Part shown: positions 13,058 through 23,720 of the stretch, in pieces
How positions within the stretch are numbered: position 1 is the first letter of the stretch
How the letters are laid out: every line of letters begins with the position of its first letter
Origin: Macrostomum hystrix
Lineage: Eukaryota; Animalia; Platyhelminthes
Direction of reading: 5' to 3'
DNA length: 64,000 nucleotides
Assembly (NCBI GenBank): GCA_950097015.1
Contig: CATNEN010000001.1
Coordinates: forward strand, 20,522,001-20,586,000
Translations under genes and position numbers: made by a program
Notes under the pieces: generated by a model
What the model saw: only the letters and a program-made list of their open reading frames with translations
Database searches by the model: none
What the model was told of the DNA's origin: nothing

Positions 13058-13962
13058 GTTCTCCCTTCGCCCTTCTCCCTTCTCCCTTCTCCCTTCTCCC
13101 TTCTCCCTTCTCCCTTCTCCCTTCTCCCTTCTCCCTTCTCCCTTCTCCCTTCTCCCTTCTCCCTTCTCCCTTCTCCCTTCTCCCTTCATATACCCTTCTC
13201 CCTTCTCCCTTCTCCCTTCTCCCTTCTCCCTTCTCCCTTCTCCCTTCATATACCCTTCTCCCTTCTCCCTTCTCCCTTCTCCCTTCTCCCTTCATATACC
13301 CTTCTCCCTTCTCCCTTCTCCCTTCTCCCTTCTCCCTTCTCCCTTCATATACCCTTCTCCCTTCTCCCTTCTCCCTTCATATACCCTTCTCCCTTCTCCC
13401 TTCTCCCTTCTCCCTTCATATACCCTTCTCCCTTCTCCCTTCTCCCTTCTCCCTTCATACACCCTTCTCCCTTCTCCCTTCTCCCTTCATATACCCTTCT
13501 CCCTTCTCCCTTCATATACCCTTCTCCCTTCTCCCTTCATATACCCTTCTCCCTTCTCCCTTCATATACCCTTCTCCCTTCTCCCTTCATATACCCTTCT
13601 CCCTTCTCCCTTCTCCCTTCTCCCTTCATACACCCTTCTCCCTTCTCCCTTCATACACCCTTCTCCCTTCTCCCTTCATATACCCTTCTCCCTTCTCCCT
13701 TCATATACCCTTCTCCCTTCTCCCTTCATATACCCTTCTCCCTTCTCCCTTCATATACCCTTCTCCCTTCTCCCTTCATATACCCTTCTCCCTTCTCCCT
13801 TCATATACCCTTCTCCTTTCTCCCTTCATATACCCTTCTCCCTTCTCCCTTCTCCCTTCTCCCTTCATATACCCTTCTCCCTTCTCCCTTCATATACCCT
13901 TCTCCCTTCTCCCTTCATATACCCTTCTCCCTTCTCCCTTCTCCCTTCATACGCCCTTCTCA
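13058..13962. repeat. (TTCTCCC)n heptamer satellite with TTCATATACCC interruptions
   Basis: Direct reading of the sequence. Confidence 0.95.
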
Positions 13963-15199
13963 CCATAAAACTTTTCTCTGATATATCCAACGTCAATATC
14001 CAACAACAATTTTCCCTCTAACTCTTCAACTATCAGTAAATTTAGTCTTGCCTCAGTCTCACAATAATATTTGCATCTCCAATCTCCACAGTTTTCGCAG
14101 GCTCTTGCCCAGTTAATTTCACGGTTGAGAACGAACTCAAACAATTGGGTCTGTAAAATCATTAACTGTTGCCTCAATTCTGATCTTATGCAACGCAAGC
14201 GTCTGGGGCTAAATTCACAAGCAATTATCTGCAATTGACGGCGACATCATAATTCAATTTGGCCCCTCAGAATTCACACCCCCCGGAGCCAAGGCACTGA
14301 CTCATACGCTGTCTGATTCTTCCTACAGCTAAGGCGGCATCCTCAAAACTGAAGTTCTCCTTTGCCAGCTTCTTCCACAACCCAGTAGCGCCTTGACAAC
14401 AACGAAAATCTGCTCAACTTCCTCTTATTTGAGTATTTGAGAGGTATTTGAGAGAAAAAGACAGTTGAACAACAAATTTAAGTTTTACAGTATATTCTCA
14501 AGCTACCTGGTATCCAGGTGTATGGAATCCCTAATTAATAATTAAAGCGAATTCCCATTACTTCAACCTGGATAGTCCCATTGACAGCTGGATGAGGACA
14601 TCAATCACAATGGGGTCCCGCATACCCAATTCTCAATGGTTAGAAAAGATACTGTTAACAATGGGAGCAAAAAAGGAATTATATGTAATTAGCGTTAGCA
14701 ACTAAATAAATCAAATATAGCAAAAAAAATTATAACGCAAAAAATCTGGGATCTGAGATTTTTTTGCCTGCTACAAAGACAACAAAAAGACACGCGGATA
14801 GCTCAGTTGATTCCATCATTAGCAGTGGAATTCTTGCCACTGTTGCAATAGGAGAGCGCTGGTGATTTGGTTGGGATAATATTTTAGGGACAAATAGTGA
14901 TTGCGTCATCGCACATGTCGTCACTAGAACGGTATCTACAGTGGGCATCTAGCAGTGTGTTTTGCATATTTCAGCTTTACTGGCTCATAGGTTAGTTAGT
15001 CATTGCTAGGCAAGGGTTCTCAGTTGGGCCAATAAATGCCTGTACATATTATCATTTATCATTGACTCTGATAAATAATGAGCTGTTAATAATAGCAGCG
15101 ATGACTATAGCATGAGACTGTGACGCATTTTCTGGATTTCGGCGAAATAAAACTGGAGAATAGGAGGTGAGGACAGAAACGAGAAATACGAGGGGTTTC

Positions 15200-15956
15200 G
15201 TTTGGGATTCAGATGGGATTCGTATGGGATTCAGATGGGATTCAGATAGGATTCGTATGGGATTTAGGTGGGATTCAGATGGGATTCAGATGGGATTCAG
15301 ACGGGATTCAGATGGGATTCAGATGGGATTCAGATGGGATTCAGATGGGATTCAGATAGGATTCAGATAGGATTCAGATAGGATTCAGATGGGATTTAGA
15401 TAAGAGTCAGATGGGATTCAGATGGGATTCAGATAGGATTCAGATAGGATTCAGATAGGATTCAGATGGGATTTAGATAAGAGTCAGATGGGATTCAGAT
15501 GGGATTCAGATAGGATTCAGATAGGATTCAGATAGGATTCAGATGGGATTTAGATAAGAGTCAGATGGGATTCAGATGGGATTCAGATGGAATTCAGATG
15601 GGATTCAGATGGGATTCAGATAAGATCCAGATGGGATTCAGATAGGATTCAGATGGGATTCGTATGGGATTCAGGTGGGATTCAGATAGGATTCAGATGG
15701 GATTCAGATGGGATTCAGATAAGATCCAGATGGGATTCAGATGGGATTCAGATGGGATTCGTATGGGATTCAGGTGGGATTCAGATAGGATTCAGATGGG
15801 ATTTAGATAAGAGTCAGATGGGATTCAGATGGGATTCAGATGGGATTCAGATGGGATTCAGATGGGATTCAGATGGGATTCAGATGGGATTCAGATGGGA
15901 TTCGTATGGGATTCGCATGGGATTCAGATGGGATTCGTATGGGATTCAGACGGGAT
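15200..15956. repeat. 11-bp satellite (GGGATTCAGAT)n
   Basis: Direct reading of the sequence. Confidence 0.95.
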
Positions 15957-16607
15957 AGAGAAGTGACCTAGAAGAGTAAAGCTTGGAATCGGAGAACATG
16001 ATATTCGAGTAGATTTATTGTTTTCGAAGATGTGACAATGGTATCTACAGGTCGTCTACGCTATTCTGTTGACCAATAGATCAATCACTGCGGAAATGAC
16101 AGGCCATTTCAAAGCGCAAGATGTGTTGCAATATCCTTAAACATGGCTGCGCCTAATCAAGCCAGTACAATTGTGAAGTAGATCCGGAAGAAGGTGCGAA
16201 ATAAGATTTCGGGAATCTGTGACCGGGCCATGGCCTCCCGTATGCGGACTTATTCCAAGCCCAGTTAGACTAGTAAAGCTAGATTAATTAGAAATTATGT
16301 TCTCGCAGACTTTAAGAATGCAGAAAGTTTGAAGATTAACGACCCCCTCTACCCTCTCACCTCTAGCGCTCGTTATCCGCAGACGAATCTCTCTCTTTCT
16401 CGACAGTAGCAGAAGTTAAGAAACTTTATGATTTCAAATATTTTAAATTTTGTTTCATGCAGAGATGAACTACGAAATTATAAAATCTGAAAGTTAACGT
16501 AAACTTTCGACTAATTGTGACCTCTACCTAAGTTTGCCTTGCCTTGCCTCTGGTTTGTGCATTGGGTCTGCAACGGTTTATTGAATTTCAGATTGCTTTG
16601 ACTTGAA

Positions 16608-17141
16608 TTGAGAGTGACGGAGTGTGAGATTAGAGTGACGGAGTGTGAGATTAGAGTGACGGAGTGTGAGATTAGAGTGACGGAGTGTGAGATTAGAGTG
16701 ACAGAGTGTAAGATTAGAGTGACAGAGTGTGAGATTAGAGTGACGGAGTGTAAGATTAGAGTGACAGAGTGTGAGATTAGAGTGACGGAGTGTGAGATTA
16801 GAGTGACGGAGTGTGAGATTAGAGTGACAGAGTGTAAGATTAGAGTGACAGAGTGTGAGATTAGAGTGACGGAGTGTAAGATTAGAGTGACAGAGTGTGA
16901 GATTAGAGTGACGGAGTGTGAGATTAGAGTGACGGAGTGTGAGATTAGAGTGACAGAGTGTAAGATTAGAGTGACGGAGTGTAAGATTAGAGTGACAAAG
17001 TGTAAGATTAGAGTGACGGAGTGTAAGATTAGAGTGACTGAGTATGAGATAAGAGTGACAGTGTGTAAGATAAGAGTGACAGTGTGAGGGATGAGAGTGA
17101 CAGAGTGTGAGATAAGAGTGACAGTGTCAGATTAGAGTGAC
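16608..17141. repeat. 21-bp minisatellite (GAGTGTGAGATTAGAGTGACG)n
   Basis: Direct reading; gives the spurious RVTECEI ORF. Confidence 0.95.
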
Positions 17142-17742
17142 GATTTAGCTTTTCTCAAAATAACAAAATCGGAAAACGGTCTAAAGAGTCCGTAAAATCC
17201 AAAAAAGTCACAATCTTTGATTTCCTTCAGTTGGGCATTCTTGACTCAGGCATAAAATTCCGATCCTCAATTGCTCCAAATCCTACCCGGATATGAAAGC
17301 AATATTTTGATTGCTTCCGTACCATGACCCATTGAAACAACAAAAAATCGTTTTTTCTCTCTTGCCAATCGACTGCTGAAGACGAGCAAAGCGTTGGGGA
17401 ATCGAACGAGGAGTGACTTAAGATTTGGGATAAAGAGGCTTGGGGCTATGGAGCAGTAGTGGAGCCACGCCCCTCGTTTGAGTACTCGAGTGAGGAGGGC
17501 TATATTTTGAGGCTTCGGTTTATGGCACAAGGATAACGGGTGAAGTGGATTTGGTTAGAGAAGAGAGCAGACAAAAAGCTCTGACCTCATCCGGCTGGGT
17601 TAGGGACTAAATCTTCTAGCCCACTGCGAGTGTCACGATTCAGCCGTTGGTTAAGCCCGGGAGAAAAATACCGATGAAATTGTAAAACAAAAGCAGTTGA
17701 AAAAATTTTGAGACCCAAAATCGAATAGAAGTAAAATGGTCA

Positions 17743-18635
17743 GTGGGTGCTCCGGCCCTAGACAATCTTTGTGGTGGTGGGTGCTGCGGCCCTAGACAAT
17801 CTTTGTGGTGGTGGGTGCTGCGGCCCTAGACAATCTTTGGGGTGGTGGGTGCTGCGGCCCTAGACAATCTTTGGGGTGGTGGGTGCTGCGGCCCTAGACA
17901 ATCTTTGTGGTGGTGGGTGCTGCGGCCCTAGACAATCTTTGTGGTGGTGGGTGCTGCGGCCCTAGACAATCTTTGGGGTGGTGGGTGCTGCGGCCCTAGA
18001 CAATATTTATGGTGTGGGGTGTTGTGGCCCTAGATAATATTTATGGTGTGGGGTGCTGTGGCCCTAGACAATATTTATGGTGTGGGGTGTTGTGGCCCTA
18101 GACAATATTTATGGTGTGGGGTGCTGTGGCCCTAGACAATATTTATGGCGTGGGGTGCTGTGGCCCTAGACAATATTTATGGCGTGGGGTGCTGTGGCCC
18201 TAGACATATTTGGGGTGGTGTGTGCTGCAGCCCAAGACAATATTTATGGTGTGGGGTGTTGTGGCCCTAGATAATATTTATGGTGTGGGGTGCTGTGGCC
18301 CTAGACAATATTTATGGTGTGGGGTGTTGTGGCCCTAGACAATATTTATGGTGTGGGGTGCTGTGGCCCTAGACAATATTTATGGCGTGGGGTGCTGTGG
18401 CCCTAGACAATATTTATGGCGTGGGGTGCTGCGACCCTAAACAATCTTTGGGGAGGTGGATGCTGTGGCCCTAGACAATATTTATGGCGTGGGGTGCTGT
18501 GGCCCTAGACATATTTGGGGTGGTGTGTGCTGCAGCCCAAGACAATCTTTGTGGTGGTAGGTGCTGTGGCCCTAGACAATATATGTGGGGTGGGGTGCTG
18601 CAGCCCTGGACATATTTGGGGTGGGTGGGTGCTGC
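17743..18635. repeat. 34-bp minisatellite
   Basis: Unit GACAATCTTTGTGGTGGTGGGTGCTGCGGCCCTA with variant blocks. Confidence 0.95.
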
Positions 18636-18668
18636 TGTAATAAACAATCATTGACATTTTGCTTTAAG

Positions 18669-18942
18669 GTTCATCCACAAATAAAACTCGAATTTCAGTC
18701 CGCCAGCTCCGCAGACCACACCGCCAGGCCAGTACATGCCCAACGGCTCTGGTTCTACCATAGACAACTCATGCAAGCCGCTGTGCTCGGAGCAGCTCAG
18801 CGATTTGAGCACCCGGCGCAGCAGCGAGAAGTTCAGCGGCGTCGTCATAAGCGAGGCTGCAGCGGTCGCGGGCACCGAATCCTTGTTGGACTGTTGTCGG
18901 CTTTGGTCTTGCTGCTTCTAGTAGCTGTCATCATATTAGCAG
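18669..18942 (+). other. Orphan exon-like segment encoding a basic juxtamembrane stretch and a TM helix (type II membrane protein-like), inside the hAT element
   Basis: TTTAAG acceptor and G|GTAAGT donor; GC-rich; translates to ...QRRRHKRGCSGRGHRILVGLLSALVLLLLVAVIILA. Confidence 0.5.
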
Positions 18943-19644
18943 GTAAGTGACGCACTATTAACTGGATTATCGATGAATATTTCTCACCAATGTCACTCCA
19001 AAGTGAGTGAGGAATAACTAAGGTGTTGGAGTTACAATCAGTAGATCGATTAAGGACAATGGAAAAACTAACAATGTCACTCGAATGTCACTCTCTCCCT
19101 CAATGTCACCCAAAATGCCACTCTCGTCATACTCGTAGAATGTCGAGGTACCGAATGCCAATTGCTCCCTAATAAAATAGATAACCGAAGCAGCAATCAG
19201 GCCAGAGTTCCAGAGGCCAGTCTCTGGGTGGTCGAAATCCATTTGTACAGTACTCGTAGCTTACCAGAAAATAATATTATTTACATTATTAGCATTACGC
19301 AGCTTCTTAAGTGTGCCTTCCGCTGTTTAGACTTACAGTCGAGACTAAGCTATAAATGAATTGATTAAAGACACGGCTTCTTCAACTGTTTGTCTCGCCC
19401 GAATTCTGCAGCAAAATGACCGATGCATTGCTGTTTGCTTTTAGCATTTCTGTTTAGAAATTGGAATTCGAGGTTACAGGGGTCAAGTGTTGCGTCTTCT
19501 GTTACGATTTTACAGGTATAGGAAAGAAAAATTTTCAATCCATTGTTTTGTTATAATGGCTGTGTAGTTTTGTATTTTATATTTTCCAGGTTTCATTACT
19601 GATTTAACAAATTTACATTCGATTAAGGGAGTAAGAATAGCTTT

Positions 19645-20160
19645 ACGGAGTGACAATCGAGAGCTTAGAGTGACAATCGAGAGAATAGAGTGACAAGATA
19701 GAATAAAGATTAGATTGGTAAGATAGAATAGATATTAGAGTAACAAGAGAGAATAGATATTGGAGTGCCAAAACAGAATGGAGATTAGAGTGACAAGAAT
19801 GAGTTGAGAATAGAGTAGATAGAATAGAGAATGGAGTGACAAGATAGAATAGAGAATGGAGTGACAAGATAGAATAGAGAATGGAGTGACAAGATAGAAT
19901 AGAGAATGGAGTGACAAGATAGAATAGAGAATGGAGTGACAAGATAGAATAGATAATGGAGTGACAAGAGAGGATAGAGAATGGAGTGACAAGATAGAAT
20001 AGAGATTAGAGTGACAAGAGAGGATAGAGATTTAAAGTGACAAGATAGAATAGAGAATGGAGTTGACAAGATAGAATAGAGATTGGAGTGACAAGATAGA
20101 ATAGAGCATGGAGTTGACAAGATAGAATAGAGATTGGAGTGACAATGTAGAGATTAGAGT
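19645..20160. repeat. ~25-bp minisatellite (AGAATAGAGAATGGAGTGACAAGAT)n
   Basis: Direct reading of the sequence. Confidence 0.9.
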
Positions 20161-21607
20161 GAAAGGTAAGTTCACAAGGAAGGCCCAGTGTGCAAATTAG
20201 ATGTGTGATTGTAAACTGTGTATAATGCGGCCCATAAACACAGTCTGACCAAAGCTACTTTGCCACTCCAATTAATGCGAATCGCAAATCACCCAGCAAA
20301 CCACAATTCCCACCCGCCCTTGAATATCCCATAAGCCTAGTCTCCCGGCCCCCAAACAGAAGCTACACAGTGATGCATCGTTGGGGGAACAGGGCCGCTG
20401 CCGTCCAAGATGGCACGGGAGCTTCAGTGGATGCGATAAGAGTCAAGTGTGCTAACTGCATGCTAAATCTAGCCAATTATGACCAAGCAAATCTTCTTAT
20501 TATTGTTGGCTGAGTCACAGCAAGTGATTAATAAGAAATTCCCCACAGTTCCAGGCATTGTAGTACAGTCTAAACTATTTGGCAGCGTGTTCGATAATTG
20601 TTGATAGCAATCGTTAGCTAAGTGGGCATTATTCCTCCCCCCGGATACAAGATAGCAACGGTGTGAAGACTTATCATTTACAAGGGGGATTAGTCACTCG
20701 GAGGCCTGTCACACTGTGCGAGCATTGCCAGTCTGTTTAGAAACTTGTAAAACAAACACACCAGTCTGTGTTTTGCCCAGAATGATTGACAGAATTCTTT
20801 GATTTTCGCTGTGACTGCAGCTAATGCGGAATGTGTCACAATGTTTTCTATCAGGTTGCTGGGAAGTCATTGTGCGGAATCCCATGCTTTTAGTCCATGG
20901 GAATCAGAAGCGAATCTGGAGCGGGTCAGGGGGGCATCTGACCCCCTAGATAGTTAGAGGGTGTCATACCCCCTCCCCGAGATAACCAGTGGGTGTCATG
21001 CCCCCTCCCCGAGATAACCAGTGGGTGTCATGCCTAGAGATGCCAAAAACCGGCCCTTTTTGAAAACCGGTTAACCGGTTTGAAAACCGCCTTTTATAAG
21101 AAAACCGGTTTTTAAAAACCGGTTTGTGTGCCAAGTTTTTAAAAAGCACTAAATACGCATAGAAGATAGATAGATACACATAGATATTACTAATTTTAAC
21201 AGAAAATAAACTTCGATTTCACTTATTTATTAATGACAAATAAAATTGTACAAAAATGGCTGCCAAAATTTGGGCGCAACAGAATTAGCGAATTCTAATT
21301 CGGTCTAAATAATGGTCCGTTAAAAAGCGTTAAAAAGTTAATAAGCGTTAATAAGCGTTAAGTTTTTTCTTGAAAGTTAATGGACCTAAGTTAATTTTTT
21401 TCGGGTTAACTTTTTAACGAATTTTCGGTACCTTTTTTCAATTTAACAATTGGCTTGGTCCGTTAACATATTTATGAGACATTTACAAATCTAGGAAGCT
21501 TTTTTTGCTTCCGGGTTAATTTTTTAGATAACGAGTCAATGACTATGAGCCTTTTCACGAGAAAGTTCACGATAAGTTCCAGAAGCAGAGTTATTCCAAT
21601 TCAGGAA

Positions 21608-22510
21608 TCAGAACCAGTATGAAAGGGCAAATGGAAAATACGCCAGCCTCTCCTTCGCCGCCTCATACGCCGCTGCCGAGTGACCCAGGTGCTCGATCAC
21701 TTTCAGCGCTGCTCCCTTCAGATACTGGCGCAGCTGAAGCAGCTTGAATTCCGGAGTTGCAGGCGCCCTATCAATGCAAGCCATAAAGGCTGCCTTCCAC
21801 GCTTCATACTGCTGCTTGTCGCCATAAAAGGTAGGAATCTCCACTCTACGGAGCATCTTCCAGAGATCCTTCGATAGTTGCTGCTCTGAAGAATTGCCCA
21901 CTCTACGCTCACAGCAGTCACCAGAAGCGCTGGCTAGATCATCGTCCTCCTTCTCGAAACCCCTTCGCTGGTTTGAAGACAGGTAGCCAAACTCACCACT
22001 CCATCCTCTGTACGGATTTTGCTGCTGTTGACTTTGCAGGAGCTCCGGCGCCGCCTCGCTGAATCCGAATCGCTGGCCTCGGCTGGCTCCACACAGTGGC
22101 TGAGCCGCTGCTGCCGCTGCTGCCTCCTCAGGTGCCGCCGTAGCTGTAGTCGATGTTGTTCGCGGTGCTGTGCGGCCCATGAGGTACCGCTGAACCGCCT
22201 GCATAGCTGTTCTATAGTCGTCCTCGATTGTGTCGATCTCGTCGAGCAGCTTTTTCTGTGCCCCTGGATCCGGTTGCTGTTCTAGCTCATCGCAAAGCTG
22301 CTGGAGAACTTCTGCCGCCTCCTCGTACGCTTTGGTGACGGTCTCGCATTCTCTCTGAATGGCCTCCTTTTCGTCTGTGATGAGCAACCACGAGAGCCTA
22401 CTGCGGCTCTTGGTGAGTGCAGACTTGCACTTTGCCTTTTGTCGCCTAAGAGCGTTCAGCGATGACACGTCGAGCTCTGGCGGTTTCTTCTGTTCTTCAT
22501 CGTCGCTCAT
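21608..22510 (-). pseudogene. Bel/Pao LTR retrotransposon gag, 3'-truncated (DUF1759-like)
   Basis: LRRVEIPTFYGDKQQYEAWKAAF...KLLQLRQYLKGAA..IEHLGHSAAAYEAAKERL is the Bel/Pao gag core; truncated after ERL. Confidence 0.85.
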
Positions 22511-22579
22511 TTCTGCCTACTGTATTGGCTAGCTCGGACTTGCACTATTATAAGCGATGTCTGGTGGCTTGACAAACGA

Positions 22580-22870
22580 CGCTCTGCTACCAAATGTTTG
22601 TGAGCTTGTTCTCAACTATTGAAAAGAAACTAAGTAGGCCGTCAATTGAGCTTTGAAACTATAGGCTATAAACGACGCGGTCACTCTCAGCGCTGCTAAC
22701 GACCAGTAGTCTATTTAAATCAATTTAATTGGGGTGGGCAAATAAACGTACATGCTGAAGTCCAAGAATGAGTTGCCGCCAGAGAGAAAATGACTCAGCG
22801 CATGGGGGGTAGAAATTGAGTACGCGTGCAATAAATTTCAAATAATGAAAAATAATAATATATTGAAACA
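22580..22870 (-). mobile_element. 5' LTR (22595-22870) and tRNA-iMet primer-binding site of the Bel/Pao element
   Basis: On the minus strand the LTR runs TGTTT...AAACA (276 bp), followed after TT by TGGTAGCAGAGCG (complementary to the initiator tRNA-Met 3' end), then the gag ATG. Confidence 0.8.
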
Positions 22871-23720
22871 TACTCTTTAAACCAGGTACTATGGTGCAGC
22901 TTAATATATTCAGGACAAAATTTGAGTAAATTTAACTTTTAACTTTTATTAACGAAGTTAAATTTATTTTTTTAAAGTTAACTAAAGTTTAAGTTTAAGT
23001 TAAAGTTTTTTTGCTAACGCTTATTAACTGAGTACTGACACTGAGTACTACTGGTACGGTACTGAGTCACTGACTGAGTCATGCGGACTCCGAGGTTTTT
23101 CATATTCTTTTCAGGAATTCAGACTCTACAACTACAACTACGAATTACGATTATGAAGTTACAAAGTAACGATTTAGAAAAATTTTGTTGCCAGTTATTT
23201 TTTCTCCAAAGTGCAAAAATTGTGACTCTGTGAGACATAATTAAAATAAAAAACCCATTAAAAACCGTCAAAAAACCGGACAAAAAAAACGGTTTTTTTA
23301 GAACCGGTTTTCCTGCTAAAAACCGGTTTTTTTAAACCGGTTTTAAAACCGGTTGGCATCCCTAGTGGGGTGTGTTTACACAAGCTTATTAAACAAGCAT
23401 CTTAAAGCACAGCTAACCCCCATACATTGACTTAAGAATTCCTAACCATTTTAGCTTCAAAGAATCGCGGCACAGTGCGTTACTTTTAGGAGAGAAAGCT
23501 TTTAGACAATTGAAAAACGCGGGCCCAAGGCGGCGGCCGCCACCTGGTTGCGCCACTGACGACGAGAATCGTTGAATATCTTGACGATGCCGCTATTTTG
23601 TGATTCTGGAAAATGTAATTCCATCTAATTTAGCGATCAATCTCACGATAGACGATAAAGCATAAATCAGCGTGGGTTTCTTGCCGCTTTTTGCGGCTTA
23701 TTGTTGCGTTCAGCTAGAAG

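Larger units (their letters stand above)
21035..23364. mobile_element. Ac-like hAT non-autonomous element nested in the 11.8-kb element
   Basis: TIR TAGAGATGCCAA / TTGGCATCCCTA; clusters of AAACCGG subterminal repeats at both ends (21045-21125, 23260-23352); no matching TSD. Confidence 0.7.
11784..23558. mobile_element. 11.8-kb non-autonomous hAT-like DNA element with cargo
   Basis: Perfect 17-bp TIR CAGTGGCGCAACCAGGT / ACCTGGTTGCGCCACTG; exact 8-bp TSD ACGACGAG at 11776-11783 and 23559-23566; no transposase seen inside. Confidence 0.88.

Noticed and set aside
12980-17087. Long ORFs 12980-13981, 15587-15958 and 16608-17087
   Set aside because: They are translations of 7-, 11- and 21-bp tandem repeats, with no splice or domain evidence
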